Shown here piece after piece: positions 17,529 through 24,361 of a DNA stretch of 31,827 nucleotides; the stretch's first letter is position 1; the number at the start of each line of letters is the position of its first letter. Origin of the DNA: a virus (Duplodnaviria; Caudoviricetes); the IMG/VR virus record IMGVR_UViG_3300020045_004367, positions 1-31,827 of that record; one strand, given 5' to 3'. Under the pieces are notes generated by a model. That model was not told the DNA's origin. It ran no database searches and saw nothing but the letters and a program-made list of their open reading frames with translations. The position numbers were made by a program, and so were the translations under genes.

Positions 17529-17768
17529 ATACCCTCCTATCCTCCCTGTTTATTTTTGTTTACAATTCACTTTTACCATTCAGCTTGGTTTTGTCAATCA
17601 TTTAAATTGACCGCCAACAACATTGAAAACACATTGCTGCGTATGTTGCTGGAATTACTGTAAACAACGTATTGCCCGATAAATAAATAATTATTTTGCT
17701 TGACGCGATTATCAGAAAAGGGCATATCATTCTGTAAACAAGACAACCAAGTTGATTGGAGGGGATGC
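17529..17768. promoter_or_regulatory. Divergent promoter region (int operon / xis operon)
   Basis: AT-rich. Leftward TTGACA (17597-17592)-N16-TAAAAG; rightward TTGACG at 17700; three TGTAAACAA motifs. Confidence 0.6.
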
Positions 17769-17996
17769 ATGGAATGGATAAGTGTAGAGGATAGATTGCC
17801 ACTAAGAGATGATGAAGTTTTTAATTATGCATCTGTTACGGTATTGGCCGCAACAAAAGATAATGACGTTCGCGTGGTTGAGTTTTGCCGGGGGAATACA
17901 GATAAAAACAACCCTTGGGCTTCATTTGAAGAATATGTAGACGGGTACATAACCCATTGGATGCCGCTACCAGACCCGCCCAAATCGAAGGCATAA
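17769..17996 (+). CDS. DUF551 family phage protein
   Basis: MEWISVEDRLP...ITHWMPLPDPP signature; GGAGG RBS. Confidence 0.85.
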   Translation: MEWISVEDRLPLRDDEVFNYASVTVLAATKDNDVRVVEFCRGNTDKNNPWASFEEYVDGYITHWMPLPDPPKSKA

Positions 17997-17999
17997 AGC

Positions 18000-18167
18000 A
18001 TGGAACCACCAAAATACGAGACAATGAAGCTGGCAACAGCGGCACCCCTGTATGACGTTAAGCTATCAACGCTCAAGATGATGTGCCTAAAGAACAAAGT
18101 AAAAAGCAAGTTGGTCGGCGGTCATCGTTATGTGACCCCGGCTGAGATGGATAAGGTTTTTAAATAA
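18000..18167 (+). CDS. Excisionase-like winged-HTH protein (55 aa)
   Basis: Not in the ORF track. MEPPKYETMKLATAAPLYDVKLSTLKMMCLKNKVKSKLVGGHRYVTPAEMDKVFK fits the HTH_17/Xis pattern; basic and divergent from int. Confidence 0.65.
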   Translation: MEPPKYETMKLATAAPLYDVKLSTLKMMCLKNKVKSKLVGGHRYVTPAEMDKVFK

Positions 18168-18278
18168 CGTTTTGAGCATGACCGGGGAGGATGAAAATGA
18201 ACGAAGGCAATCAAGTAGAAGAATCAAGGCGCGAACAGATCGAGGGGAGTTGGCCTCCGGTCGATGCGCTGGTTATAT
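18162..18278. mobile_element. Integron attC-like recombination site 1
   Basis: AAATAAC (18162-18168)...GCATGACCGG (18176-18185)...CCGGTC-G-ATGC (18257-18267, one extrahelical base)...GTTATAT (18272-18278). Confidence 0.75.
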
Positions 18279-18643
18279 CCGTTCGGCAACCGTGGGCATG
18301 GCTGATTATCAATGCTGGTAAGGACATCGAGAATCGGGACTGGTTCACTAAAGTTCGTGGCCGCGTCTTCATTCATGCCTCGAAGGGAATCACAAAGCGG
18401 GAATGGGCGGAAGCGTGGGACGCTGTACGGCACCTCTGCCCGGAAGCATGGGAAAAGGGGAAGCGGGAAATTCAGGCTGGCATGATCGAGCGCGGCGGCA
18501 TCATCGGCAGTGTTGAAATCGTGGATTGTGTGAGCAAGTCAGATTCTCCGTGGTTTTTCGGAAAATACGGCTTTGTGCTGAGAGATCCGCAACCGATGGA
18601 GTTTCAGCCGTGCAAAGGGCAACTAGGGTTTTTTAGGATATAA
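18191..18643 (+). CDS. ASCH domain protein
   Basis: ISVRQPWAWLIINAGKDIENRDW...RGRVFIHASK...GGIIGSVEIVDCV...PCKGQLGFF. Confidence 0.92.
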   Translation: MKMNEGNQVEESRREQIEGSWPPVDALVISVRQPWAWLIINAGKDIENRDWFTKVRGRVFIHASKGITKREWAEAWDAVRHLCPEAWEKGKREIQAGMIERGGIIGSVEIVDCVSKSDSPWFFGKYGFVLRDPQPMEFQPCKGQLGFFRI

Positions 18644-18691
18644 CGGGTCAAGCATCACCAGCCATAAGCTGAGTGCACCCGATGGTTATAA
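18638..18691. mobile_element. Integron attC-like recombination site 2 (short, partly degenerate)
   Basis: ATATAAC-GGGTCAA-GCATCACCAGC-CATAA-GCTGAGTGCACCCGATG-GTTATAA; same box spacing as site 1. Confidence 0.65.
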
Positions 18692-18707
18692 TCCGTAAGG
18701 GGGATTT

Positions 18708-19133
18708 ATGAAATCACTAGCAAGAAAGTTTTACAACGAGACGGCAAGACTTGAAAATATGGTGTTACTGGCAAGCGTACTTGGAGAAATTGACTCCATG
18801 CCTGAGGTGATGGAAGAGGACTTTTTGCAGGAGGGTATTGAAGATATGGTGTCTTGTTTCGGGCCAATGCCGGATGAAATCAAAGAGGCTTACGAGTTGG
18901 AAGATTATTCCGAGTTCCTTGGCTGGCTACTCGACAATGACCGTTTCGGATTCCTGCTCAAGTTTGCAACTCCGGTGATGAAACCAAGCGCAAGCGGTAA
19001 CGGTGCATCGTATTCATGGGGCCATTACCGCATGAAGTGGGTATACGGTGATACTCTGGATGCTGCGCTAGATTCTGGTTTCGCATGGGTTGAAGAGTGC
19101 CGAAATATGGAAAAGGCGGAAGCAGGATTATAA
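18708..19133 (+). CDS. Hypothetical acidic protein (cassette-borne)
   Basis: 141-aa ORF with AAGGGGG RBS; its stop codon is the TAA of a TAAC box. Confidence 0.75.
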   Translation: MKSLARKFYNETARLENMVLLASVLGEIDSMPEVMEEDFLQEGIEDMVSCFGPMPDEIKEAYELEDYSEFLGWLLDNDRFGFLLKFATPVMKPSASGNGASYSWGHYRMKWVYGDTLDAALDSGFAWVEECRNMEKAEAGL

Positions 19134-19146
19134 CCATAGATTATAC
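19128..19146 (-). mobile_element. attI-like simple site
   Basis: Minus strand reads GTATAAT-CTATG-GTTATAA (7-5-7 architecture), with no adjoining attC hairpin. Confidence 0.5.
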
Positions 19147-19186
19147 CGACCATGCAAGGTAGGCGCTACTTTTTGCGGAGGGCAAA

Positions 19187-19510
19187 ATGTATCGTTACAG
19201 ATCGAAGGGCAGCCAGCGTTTCAATGAACGAATGCGGCGCTGGCGCGAGGCGAAAGAACGTATTAGGCTGGAAGGGCCAGCGCCGGTCTATCCATACGAG
19301 CCACCAGAGATAAGGCGCAGGATAGTTGTCGAAGATTATGATTACAATCGGACGGTGCGGCACGAGTTCGTACTGTTGAAATCAAACAGGATTGACTCGT
19401 ACCACGTAGCCGTGGACGGCAAGCTACTCCCTGGCCGTATCGGATGGGCGAAGATTTTAGAGTTGATACGCAAGGCGTTCATCAGGGCAACGACAAGAGT
19501 ATTTGAATAA
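19187..19510 (+). CDS. Hypothetical basic protein
   Basis: 107-aa Arg-rich ORF with GGAGG RBS. Confidence 0.65.
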   Translation: MYRYRSKGSQRFNERMRRWREAKERIRLEGPAPVYPYEPPEIRRRIVVEDYDYNRTVRHEFVLLKSNRIDSYHVAVDGKLLPGRIGWAKILELIRKAFIRATTRVFE

Positions 19511-19519
19511 GGAGGCACC

Positions 19520-19669
19520 ATGCCAGCACCAAAGAAATCTGCACCACGCTACAACGTAGTAAATGGCCGCCTGAGCGACGAAGAGATGGCGGCAGTCATG
19601 GCAGCTATCAAACAACGGGGCATAAAGATCACGGAGTACGTCAGAGAGTGTGTGTTGCGGGGGATGTAA
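19520..19669 (+). CDS. Ribbon-helix-helix regulator, HgtR-like (49 aa)
   Basis: Not in the ORF track. AAGGAGG RBS; MPAPKKSAPRYNVVNGRLSDEEMAAVMAAIKQRGIKITEYVRECVLRGM has a beta-alpha-alpha RHH pattern. Confidence 0.7.
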   Translation: MPAPKKSAPRYNVVNGRLSDEEMAAVMAAIKQRGIKITEYVRECVLRGM

Positions 19670-19670
19670 C

Positions 19671-19706
19671 AAAACGGCCACCAGTTATCTGATGGCCGTT
19701 CTCTTT
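19671..19706. terminator. Probable bidirectional terminator
   Basis: AACGGCCA-CCAG-TTAT-CTGA-TGGCCGTT hairpin between convergent genes. Confidence 0.7.
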
Positions 19707-20007
19707 AGTACCGTCTGCGCTGTTTCTGTTCGTAAGACGAGGGCTGTTGCAGAGTATTCCCGTAGGTGCGCTGATTGTATTCCGGCGCTTTATCGTTGTA
19801 CGTTGGGCGCTCCGTTCCCTGGTGGCCAGTGTAGGGGTTAGAGTTGCCCTGTGTGCCGTAGTTGTTGTTGTAGGAGCTATCGGGCGTAGATCGGACGTAT
19901 GGCGCAACGTAAGTGCCGTCTTGCTTGATATACCCCTCGACGTATTCCCCTGCCATTGCCGACCCTGCCAGTAAAGCCAATCCCAATGTGAAGATAATCA
20001 CTTTCAT
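19705..20007 (-). CDS. Small exported protein (VxGYxKxDGTYVxPYxRS family)
   Basis: Signal peptide; YVEGYIKQDGTYVAPYVRSTPD...NYGTQGNSNPYTG; AGGAGG RBS. Downstream of the repressor, so likely expressed in the lysogen. Confidence 0.8.
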   Translation of the reverse strand: MKVIIFTLGLALLAGSAMAGEYVEGYIKQDGTYVAPYVRSTPDSSYNNNYGTQGNSNPYTGHQGTERPTYNDKAPEYNQRTYGNTLQQPSSYEQKQRRRY

Positions 20008-20183
20008 GTTGCCTCCTTTTTAGTTGGCCTGCCAAAAATCAAACAGACTTTCAGATTATTTTGCTTACATTAGAGTAAATTTCTATTTACAACTATTTTC
20101 ACCGGCGTATTGTCGTGTGACGTATTTCGCCCCAATGAGGGGGCATACTCCAAACATCAACCACAGGAGATACGAAACCATGA

Positions 20184-20537
20184 CTATTGCTCAAGCTCGG
20201 AATTTTGCGCACGATCTTTCTTCCACTTACGGAGTATCACAATCACTTCAAGCTGTTCGGTTTCTGAAAGGTCAGCGACTTCTTGTTCAAGCAGCATGTG
20301 TTCAGGAGATGCTGGATAATGAGGCGGGCCAGAGGGTTTAACCTCTTCTAGCAGTTCATCTATAGGTGTACGAAAATATTTAGCCAGCAAGGCAAGGTTT
20401 TTCCCATGTTGCGGTATTTTACCTTTGCGGTGATAGTTAGACACAGATACATGGTCAATGCCGCACTCTTCGCCTATTCTGCGGTAGGACTTTCCTTCTG
20501 CTAATTTGCCTCCTATTAATTCTTGCAACCTGTTCAC
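20184..20537 (-). CDS. CI-like XRE HTH repressor (no peptidase domain)
   Basis: SYRRIGEECGIDHVSVSNY...LALLAKYFRTPIDEL HTH. GTG 20537 follows AAGGGGG (the ORF extends to 20576). Divergent from a Cro-like gene. Confidence 0.75.
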   Translation of the reverse strand: MNRLQELIGGKLAEGKSYRRIGEECGIDHVSVSNYHRKGKIPQHGKNLALLAKYFRTPIDELLEEVKPSGPPHYPASPEHMLLEQEVADLSETEQLEVIVILRKWKKDRAQNSELEQ

Positions 20538-20576
20538 TGTGCCCCCCTTACGGTCGTATACGGTTTTAAATTCCAA

Positions 20577-20699
20577 CCTGTTATATAATACAATTAAACA
20601 ATATCATAGGAATATTAATTAGCAATCACTTTTCTATTGACTGGTGAAATTGGATATGAGATAAGACACCATACTCAACAAAAACAACAGAGGGAGGTG
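20577..20699. promoter_or_regulatory. Lysis/lysogeny switch promoter region
   Basis: AT-rich divergent gap. Leftward TTGCTA (20625-20620)-N16-TATTGT; rightward TTGACT at 20637. Confidence 0.55.
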
Positions 20700-20705
20700 A
20701 TGCAA

Positions 20706-20945
20706 ATGACTTGGAATTTTGATGCAGCTCGTATCAAGTTGGCGCGTGAAACGAAAGACCTGAATCAATCGGAGTTCGCCAGTATGATTGGTGTGTCGGC
20801 ACAACATCTTAGCGCATGGGAGACAGGTGCAATTGCGCCAGGGATCGGCAGTCTGATGAAAATTGTTAATGCCTTGAACATTCGTCCAAGGTTTTTTTTC
20901 GTCCAGAGTGTTGAAAATGGTGATGTTTTGGATAAAGAAGAGTAA
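20706..20945 (+). CDS. Cro-like XRE HTH regulator
   Basis: IKLARETKDLNQSEFASMIGVSAQHLSAWETG; GGAGGTG RBS before ATG 20706. Confidence 0.85.
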   Translation: MTWNFDAARIKLARETKDLNQSEFASMIGVSAQHLSAWETGAIAPGIGSLMKIVNALNIRPRFFFVQSVENGDVLDKEE

Positions 20946-20978
20946 CGAATTGCCGTTGAAAGGTAAGAGGGCGCGACT

Positions 20979-21458
20979 ATGGAAATAGAATACAAGGGAC
21001 ATACGGTTTTGATAGACGAGGAATTTCTTTCTTTGTTTGAAAGTGCCAATTGGATAATTTCTAAGGGGGGACGAAGTTTTTACTTGGTAGCCAAGCCAAA
21101 TAATCTTTTCCACAGGCTTGTAATGGGACTGTCATTCGGAGATGGCAAAATCGTGGATCATATTAACTGGAATGGGCTTGACAACAGAAAGGAAAATCTA
21201 AGGGTTGTTACCCATGCTCAGAATTTAAGTAACCAAGCAGTCAGACCGGATCGTACTTATAAGGGAAAGCGCAAAACATCACAATTTAAAGGTGTGTATT
21301 ACGACAAAACAAGAAATAAATTTTGGGCTTGTATTTCTGTTGAGGGGAAAAGAATCAAGTTGGGGAGATTCAGCGATGAAATATCAGCAGCTAACGCATA
21401 TAACTCCGCAGCAATAAAATACTATGGGGATTGTGCCGTACTTAACGAATCACGCTAA
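20979..21458 (+). CDS. HNH endonuclease with C-terminal AP2 domain
   Basis: FHRLVM...VDHINWNGLDNRKENLR and TSQFKGVYY...LGRFSDEISAANAYN. Confidence 0.92.
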   Translation: MEIEYKGHTVLIDEEFLSLFESANWIISKGGRSFYLVAKPNNLFHRLVMGLSFGDGKIVDHINWNGLDNRKENLRVVTHAQNLSNQAVRPDRTYKGKRKTSQFKGVYYDKTRNKFWACISVEGKRIKLGRFSDEISAANAYNSAAIKYYGDCAVLNESR

Positions 21459-21517
21459 AAAGCCGCCACCTGCTGTGAACAGGTAACGGCCAAACTACGA
21501 GACAAGGAGAGACTATC

Positions 21518-21715
21518 ATGGGAAAGCCTCAAACGCAACACCAGCGTTCGCAACGTAAGATTGATAGATATGCTCGGTTCGCCATGCGCCAGCCCTGCCG
21601 CTGGTTGGCTTGCTTATCTCTCGCCACACAACACGCGCCCAAAAATCTCAGGCAATACCTAGCAGACACCATTATGTGCAAGATCACCCAAATGGAATAC
21701 ACGCCTAACCACTAA
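21518..21715 (+). CDS. Hypothetical protein
   Basis: 65-aa ORF with AGGAG RBS. Confidence 0.5.
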   Translation: MGKPQTQHQRSQRKIDRYARFAMRQPCRWLACLSLATQHAPKNLRQYLADTIMCKITQMEYTPNH

Positions 21716-21733
21716 CCAAAGGAGAACACACTA

Positions 21734-21892
21734 ATGATATCCGAAACAATAACCCGCCTCACAATAATACTCGAAGCATTTGGCGACATCCCCGTATTTC
21801 ACGGCGACATGATCCCCGGCGCCGACATTGTATTTGAACCACCAACAGAAGATTACCCAATGGGGTACGTGCATGTGGGGGAGAAGCCATGA
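21734..21892 (+). CDS. Hypothetical protein (52 aa)
   Basis: Not in the ORF track. AGGAG RBS; MISETITRLTIILEAFGDIPV...; ATGA overlap with the next gene. Confidence 0.6.
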   Translation: MISETITRLTIILEAFGDIPVFHGDMIPGADIVFEPPTEDYPMGYVHVGEKP

Positions 21893-22368
21893 ATTTTATT
21901 GACGCTGTGCAGGCGTTGCAGTCAGGTAGCTGCGAGGGAATATTGCACCCGCAGTGGACTCAAAAACATGAACCTCAATATTTAGTGTTGTCTTGCAATA
22001 AGAATGAATTGGAATGGTTGTCTGATTGCCCGTTCATGGGAATAAGTATCAGTCAAATGCTTGCCGACGACTGGCAGATGGTAGCCCCGCAGACGGAAAC
22101 GGTGGAGACTGAGCCTATGTGGGGGATAGCCAAGAAAGCTACAGGTGAATTAACAGGCGATTTGTTCCCCACAGAAGAATCGGCGGCTGACAATATACGT
22201 CCAAATTATACACCTGTAAAATTGTCCGGCATCTACACCCGCCCCGTACCCGTCAAGGTCAAGCGTAGAGAAAGAGTGTTTGGCTTTGAGGGCCATTTCT
22301 CGGGAGAGAGTACACATAAATTTGACCACAGGTACAATATTTACGCCGAATGGGAAGAAACGCCATGA
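21889..22368 (+). CDS. Protein with N-terminal Tad2/DUF2829-like domain
   Basis: MNFIDAVQALQSG...W...SQMLADDWQMV resembles the MNF.EAL.ALK.G...D.LA.DW pattern. Confidence 0.5.
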   Translation: MNFIDAVQALQSGSCEGILHPQWTQKHEPQYLVLSCNKNELEWLSDCPFMGISISQMLADDWQMVAPQTETVETEPMWGIAKKATGELTGDLFPTEESAADNIRPNYTPVKLSGIYTRPVPVKVKRRERVFGFEGHFSGESTHKFDHRYNIYAEWEETP

Positions 22369-22550
22369 GGTACGAATACCTAATTATCGCCATGATAGCC
22401 GTCTGTTTCCTGGTTGTCGGCCACATCGAGTCACACGAGCCGACCCCGCACTATGCACAGGTTGATTGCCCTGAATGCCACTTGCCCAACCTCAACACTT
22501 ATCAGGCATACGCCGAAGCGTGGCCGTCACCTAAGGAGGCGCGCAAATGA
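22365..22550 (+). CDS. Small membrane-anchored protein with CxxCH motif
   Basis: ATGA-coupled start; hydrophobic N-terminus followed by CPECH. Confidence 0.6.
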   Translation: MRYEYLIIAMIAVCFLVVGHIESHEPTPHYAQVDCPECHLPNLNTYQAYAEAWPSPKEARK

Positions 22551-22711
22551 ACGACCTGTATATTTTTGGCGGCATGTTTATCGCAATCTATCTGTTCACT
22601 CGCTGGCTGGAATCGAAGCTGCCGGATACTTGCAACTGTGATGATGCGGCACAGGGGAGAGCGTGCAAGTCTTGTGACTGGCCGCATCTTCCACGCAAGG
22701 AGGATTACTAA
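22547..22711 (+). CDS. Small membrane protein with Cys cluster (54 aa)
   Basis: Not in the ORF track. AAGGAGG RBS and ATGA overlap; MNDLYIFGGMFIAIYLFTRW...CNCDDAAQGRACKSC. Confidence 0.55.
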   Translation: MNDLYIFGGMFIAIYLFTRWLESKLPDTCNCDDAAQGRACKSCDWPHLPRKEDY

Positions 22712-22712
22712 T

Positions 22713-22937
22713 ATGAAAGTCGGAGATAGGGTAAAAATAATTGACCCTGATATTTTTGTTAGGAGTACCGCCACAAAAATAGATAAGGGCAGAATCGGAG
22801 TTATCATAGGTTTTACTCAATCGCCTAACCACAAACCAATAGTATTGTTTCCGAAGGATGGTAGACGAAAGGAATACCATTTTGGGCAGTGCCGAGATAA
22901 ATGGCTAGAAGTTGTGCAGGAAACACCACCTGTATGA
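22713..22937 (+). CDS. Small SH3/KOW-like hypothetical protein
   Basis: AGGAGG RBS; MKVGDRVKII...GRIGVIIG. Confidence 0.65.
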   Translation: MKVGDRVKIIDPDIFVRSTATKIDKGRIGVIIGFTQSPNHKPIVLFPKDGRRKEYHFGQCRDKWLEVVQETPPV

Positions 22938-23074
22938 TTACCTCATGGCAAACAATCCTCGCAGTCCAGTGCATGTACTGCCGGAGATTCTACCAGATCA
23001 AAAACGGCGCGGGTGTCACTGGCATATCACATGGGATTTGTCAACCTTGTTACGACAGGAGGTTTGGAAAATGA
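22934..23074 (+). CDS. Small zinc-ribbon protein (46 aa)
   Basis: Not in the ORF track. CMYC...SHGICQPC; ATGA overlaps at both ends. Confidence 0.65.
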   Translation: MITSWQTILAVQCMYCRRFYQIKNGAGVTGISHGICQPCYDRRFGK

Positions 23075-23244
23075 ATAAGTACGGTTGCCGCACATTACAG
23101 GGCGCAGAGCTTGAGCAGGCAATAGCACAGTGTACGCCGCTAGGTAATGTCTGGAAGAAAAACATTCCCCGTCCTCATGGGGATATGCCCTCTGGTCTTG
23201 GCAGGCGGCATGAGGACAAAAACGCTATACGGGGGTGCAAATGA
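23071..23244 (+). CDS. Hypothetical protein
   Basis: AGGAGG RBS; MNKYGCRTLQGAEL...; coupled to both neighbours. Confidence 0.55.
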   Translation: MNKYGCRTLQGAELEQAIAQCTPLGNVWKKNIPRPHGDMPSGLGRRHEDKNAIRGCK

Positions 23245-23393
23245 GCGCATCGGCCATAAGGTACACCCCATACCCCAAGGGTCAAGGATGGCACGATAGC
23301 CGCCAACATCCTGACTATTACTCAACCATTCACGATGATGAAGAGGGCAAACCCGAAGAGTGCGACTACAGCGATTATTACAAAGAAAGATAA
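23241..23393 (+). CDS. Hypothetical acidic peptide (50 aa)
   Basis: Not in the ORF track; ATGA overlap, and fills the gap in the operon. Confidence 0.45.
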   Translation: MSASAIRYTPYPKGQGWHDSRQHPDYYSTIHDDEEGKPEECDYSDYYKER

Positions 23394-23409
23394 AAAGGAG
23401 AGTCTAAAA

Positions 23410-23697
23410 ATGGGATTCCAGATTGTAGTAAAAACCGGCGATGCAGGGGAAGTGACTTTGAGAGGGTGTGCTGATGGCACCGTGGAATTTTGCAAATGGC
23501 AGGACGTAAAAGACCCTGTTACGAAAGTGGTTACACCCACCCTTGTTGCATACAAGTGGTATGCCTCGATTGTGCAGGCTTTTGAGAGGGTGGCAAGGAT
23601 GCGGGTGGCCTCTGCTGCTGCCAGGGATTTAAGTGAGCTTGTGGCGGCTGTTAAGGCCATTCGGAGCGACATTAAGAGAGAGATGGGGGCGATATGA
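23410..23697 (+). CDS. Hypothetical protein
   Basis: AGGAG RBS before MGFQIVVK (the ORF extends to 23335). Confidence 0.65.
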   Translation: MGFQIVVKTGDAGEVTLRGCADGTVEFCKWQDVKDPVTKVVTPTLVAYKWYASIVQAFERVARMRVASAAARDLSELVAAVKAIRSDIKREMGAI

Positions 23698-23954
23698 ACA
23701 TTACATTTACACCAGAGGCACCGATTCAAGAAATGGAATCCCGCGTACTGATTGATGGCAAGGACTACGGCCGGGTGATGCCGCACCGTGAAAAGACCTA
23801 TCAGGCACAATTGACAATGACTCAGGGCGTTATGTCCTCGTTCTTTGGCTATGGTGAGACGAAACAGGATGCAGTACATGATGCGCTGTGCAATGCCGTT
23901 AAGGATATTGCCGAAATGGGCAAAGAAGTTGACGCGATACTGGAGGCACTGTGA
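23694..23954 (+). CDS. Hypothetical protein
   Basis: 86-aa ORF coupled to its neighbours. Confidence 0.65.
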   Translation: MNITFTPEAPIQEMESRVLIDGKDYGRVMPHREKTYQAQLTMTQGVMSSFFGYGETKQDAVHDALCNAVKDIAEMGKEVDAILEAL

Positions 23955-24361
23955 GTGAAATCCGCGAGATGTTGAGTGATATGAGGACGGCGGAAATCAG
24001 GACATTCGGCGGGGTAGCGGCTCGGAATCCGCTAGGTGACAAGATTCAGTATTTTGGCCCTGATGGACTGTTTTCAATACCTGCTATCCGCGCTTATGGC
24101 CGCTTTATGAGGGAACATAGGAAGATGGAAGGGACCGATCAGCTACGTAATTATAATAACTGGCGGCAGGGTAAAGGTCTCCCGCAGAACGTGTGCATTG
24201 ATTCAATGGGTAGGCACCTTCTCGACCTCGCTGAATTGCTGGAAGGGACGGACGTTGTAGACGAGTCCACCGGCAAGCAAGTGACCGTCACCGAGGCATG
24301 TTGTGCGATCATATTCAACGCTAATTCAATCTTGGACAACGAAGTTAAGGGTAACATCTGA
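23951..24361 (+). CDS. dATP/dGTP diphosphohydrolase-domain protein (DUF5664-like)
   Basis: RTF.G.A.R...K..Y, RNYNNWRQG.G.P...IDSMGRHL and CAIIFN pattern. Confidence 0.7.
   Translation: MSEIREMLSDMRTAEIRTFGGVAARNPLGDKIQYFGPDGLFSIPAIRAYGRFMREHRKMEGTDQLRNYNNWRQGKGLPQNVCIDSMGRHLLDLAELLEGTDVVDESTGKQVTVTEACCAIIFNANSILDNEVKGNI

Noticed and set aside
18162-19146. CRISPR array or simple terminators as the explanation of the TAAC/GTTAT elements
   Set aside because: The elements are not identical direct repeats with short spacers and lack U-tracts. Cross-cassette end complementarity fits recombination sites better.
19125-19150. dif/Xer site
   Set aside because: ATAA and TTAT are separated by 7 nt rather than 6, and there is no XerD arm (TTATGTTAAAT).
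23951-24361. 2-aminoadenine (Z-genome) pathway
   Set aside because: A diphosphohydrolase-like gene alone is insufficient; no PurZ-like gene is present in the window.
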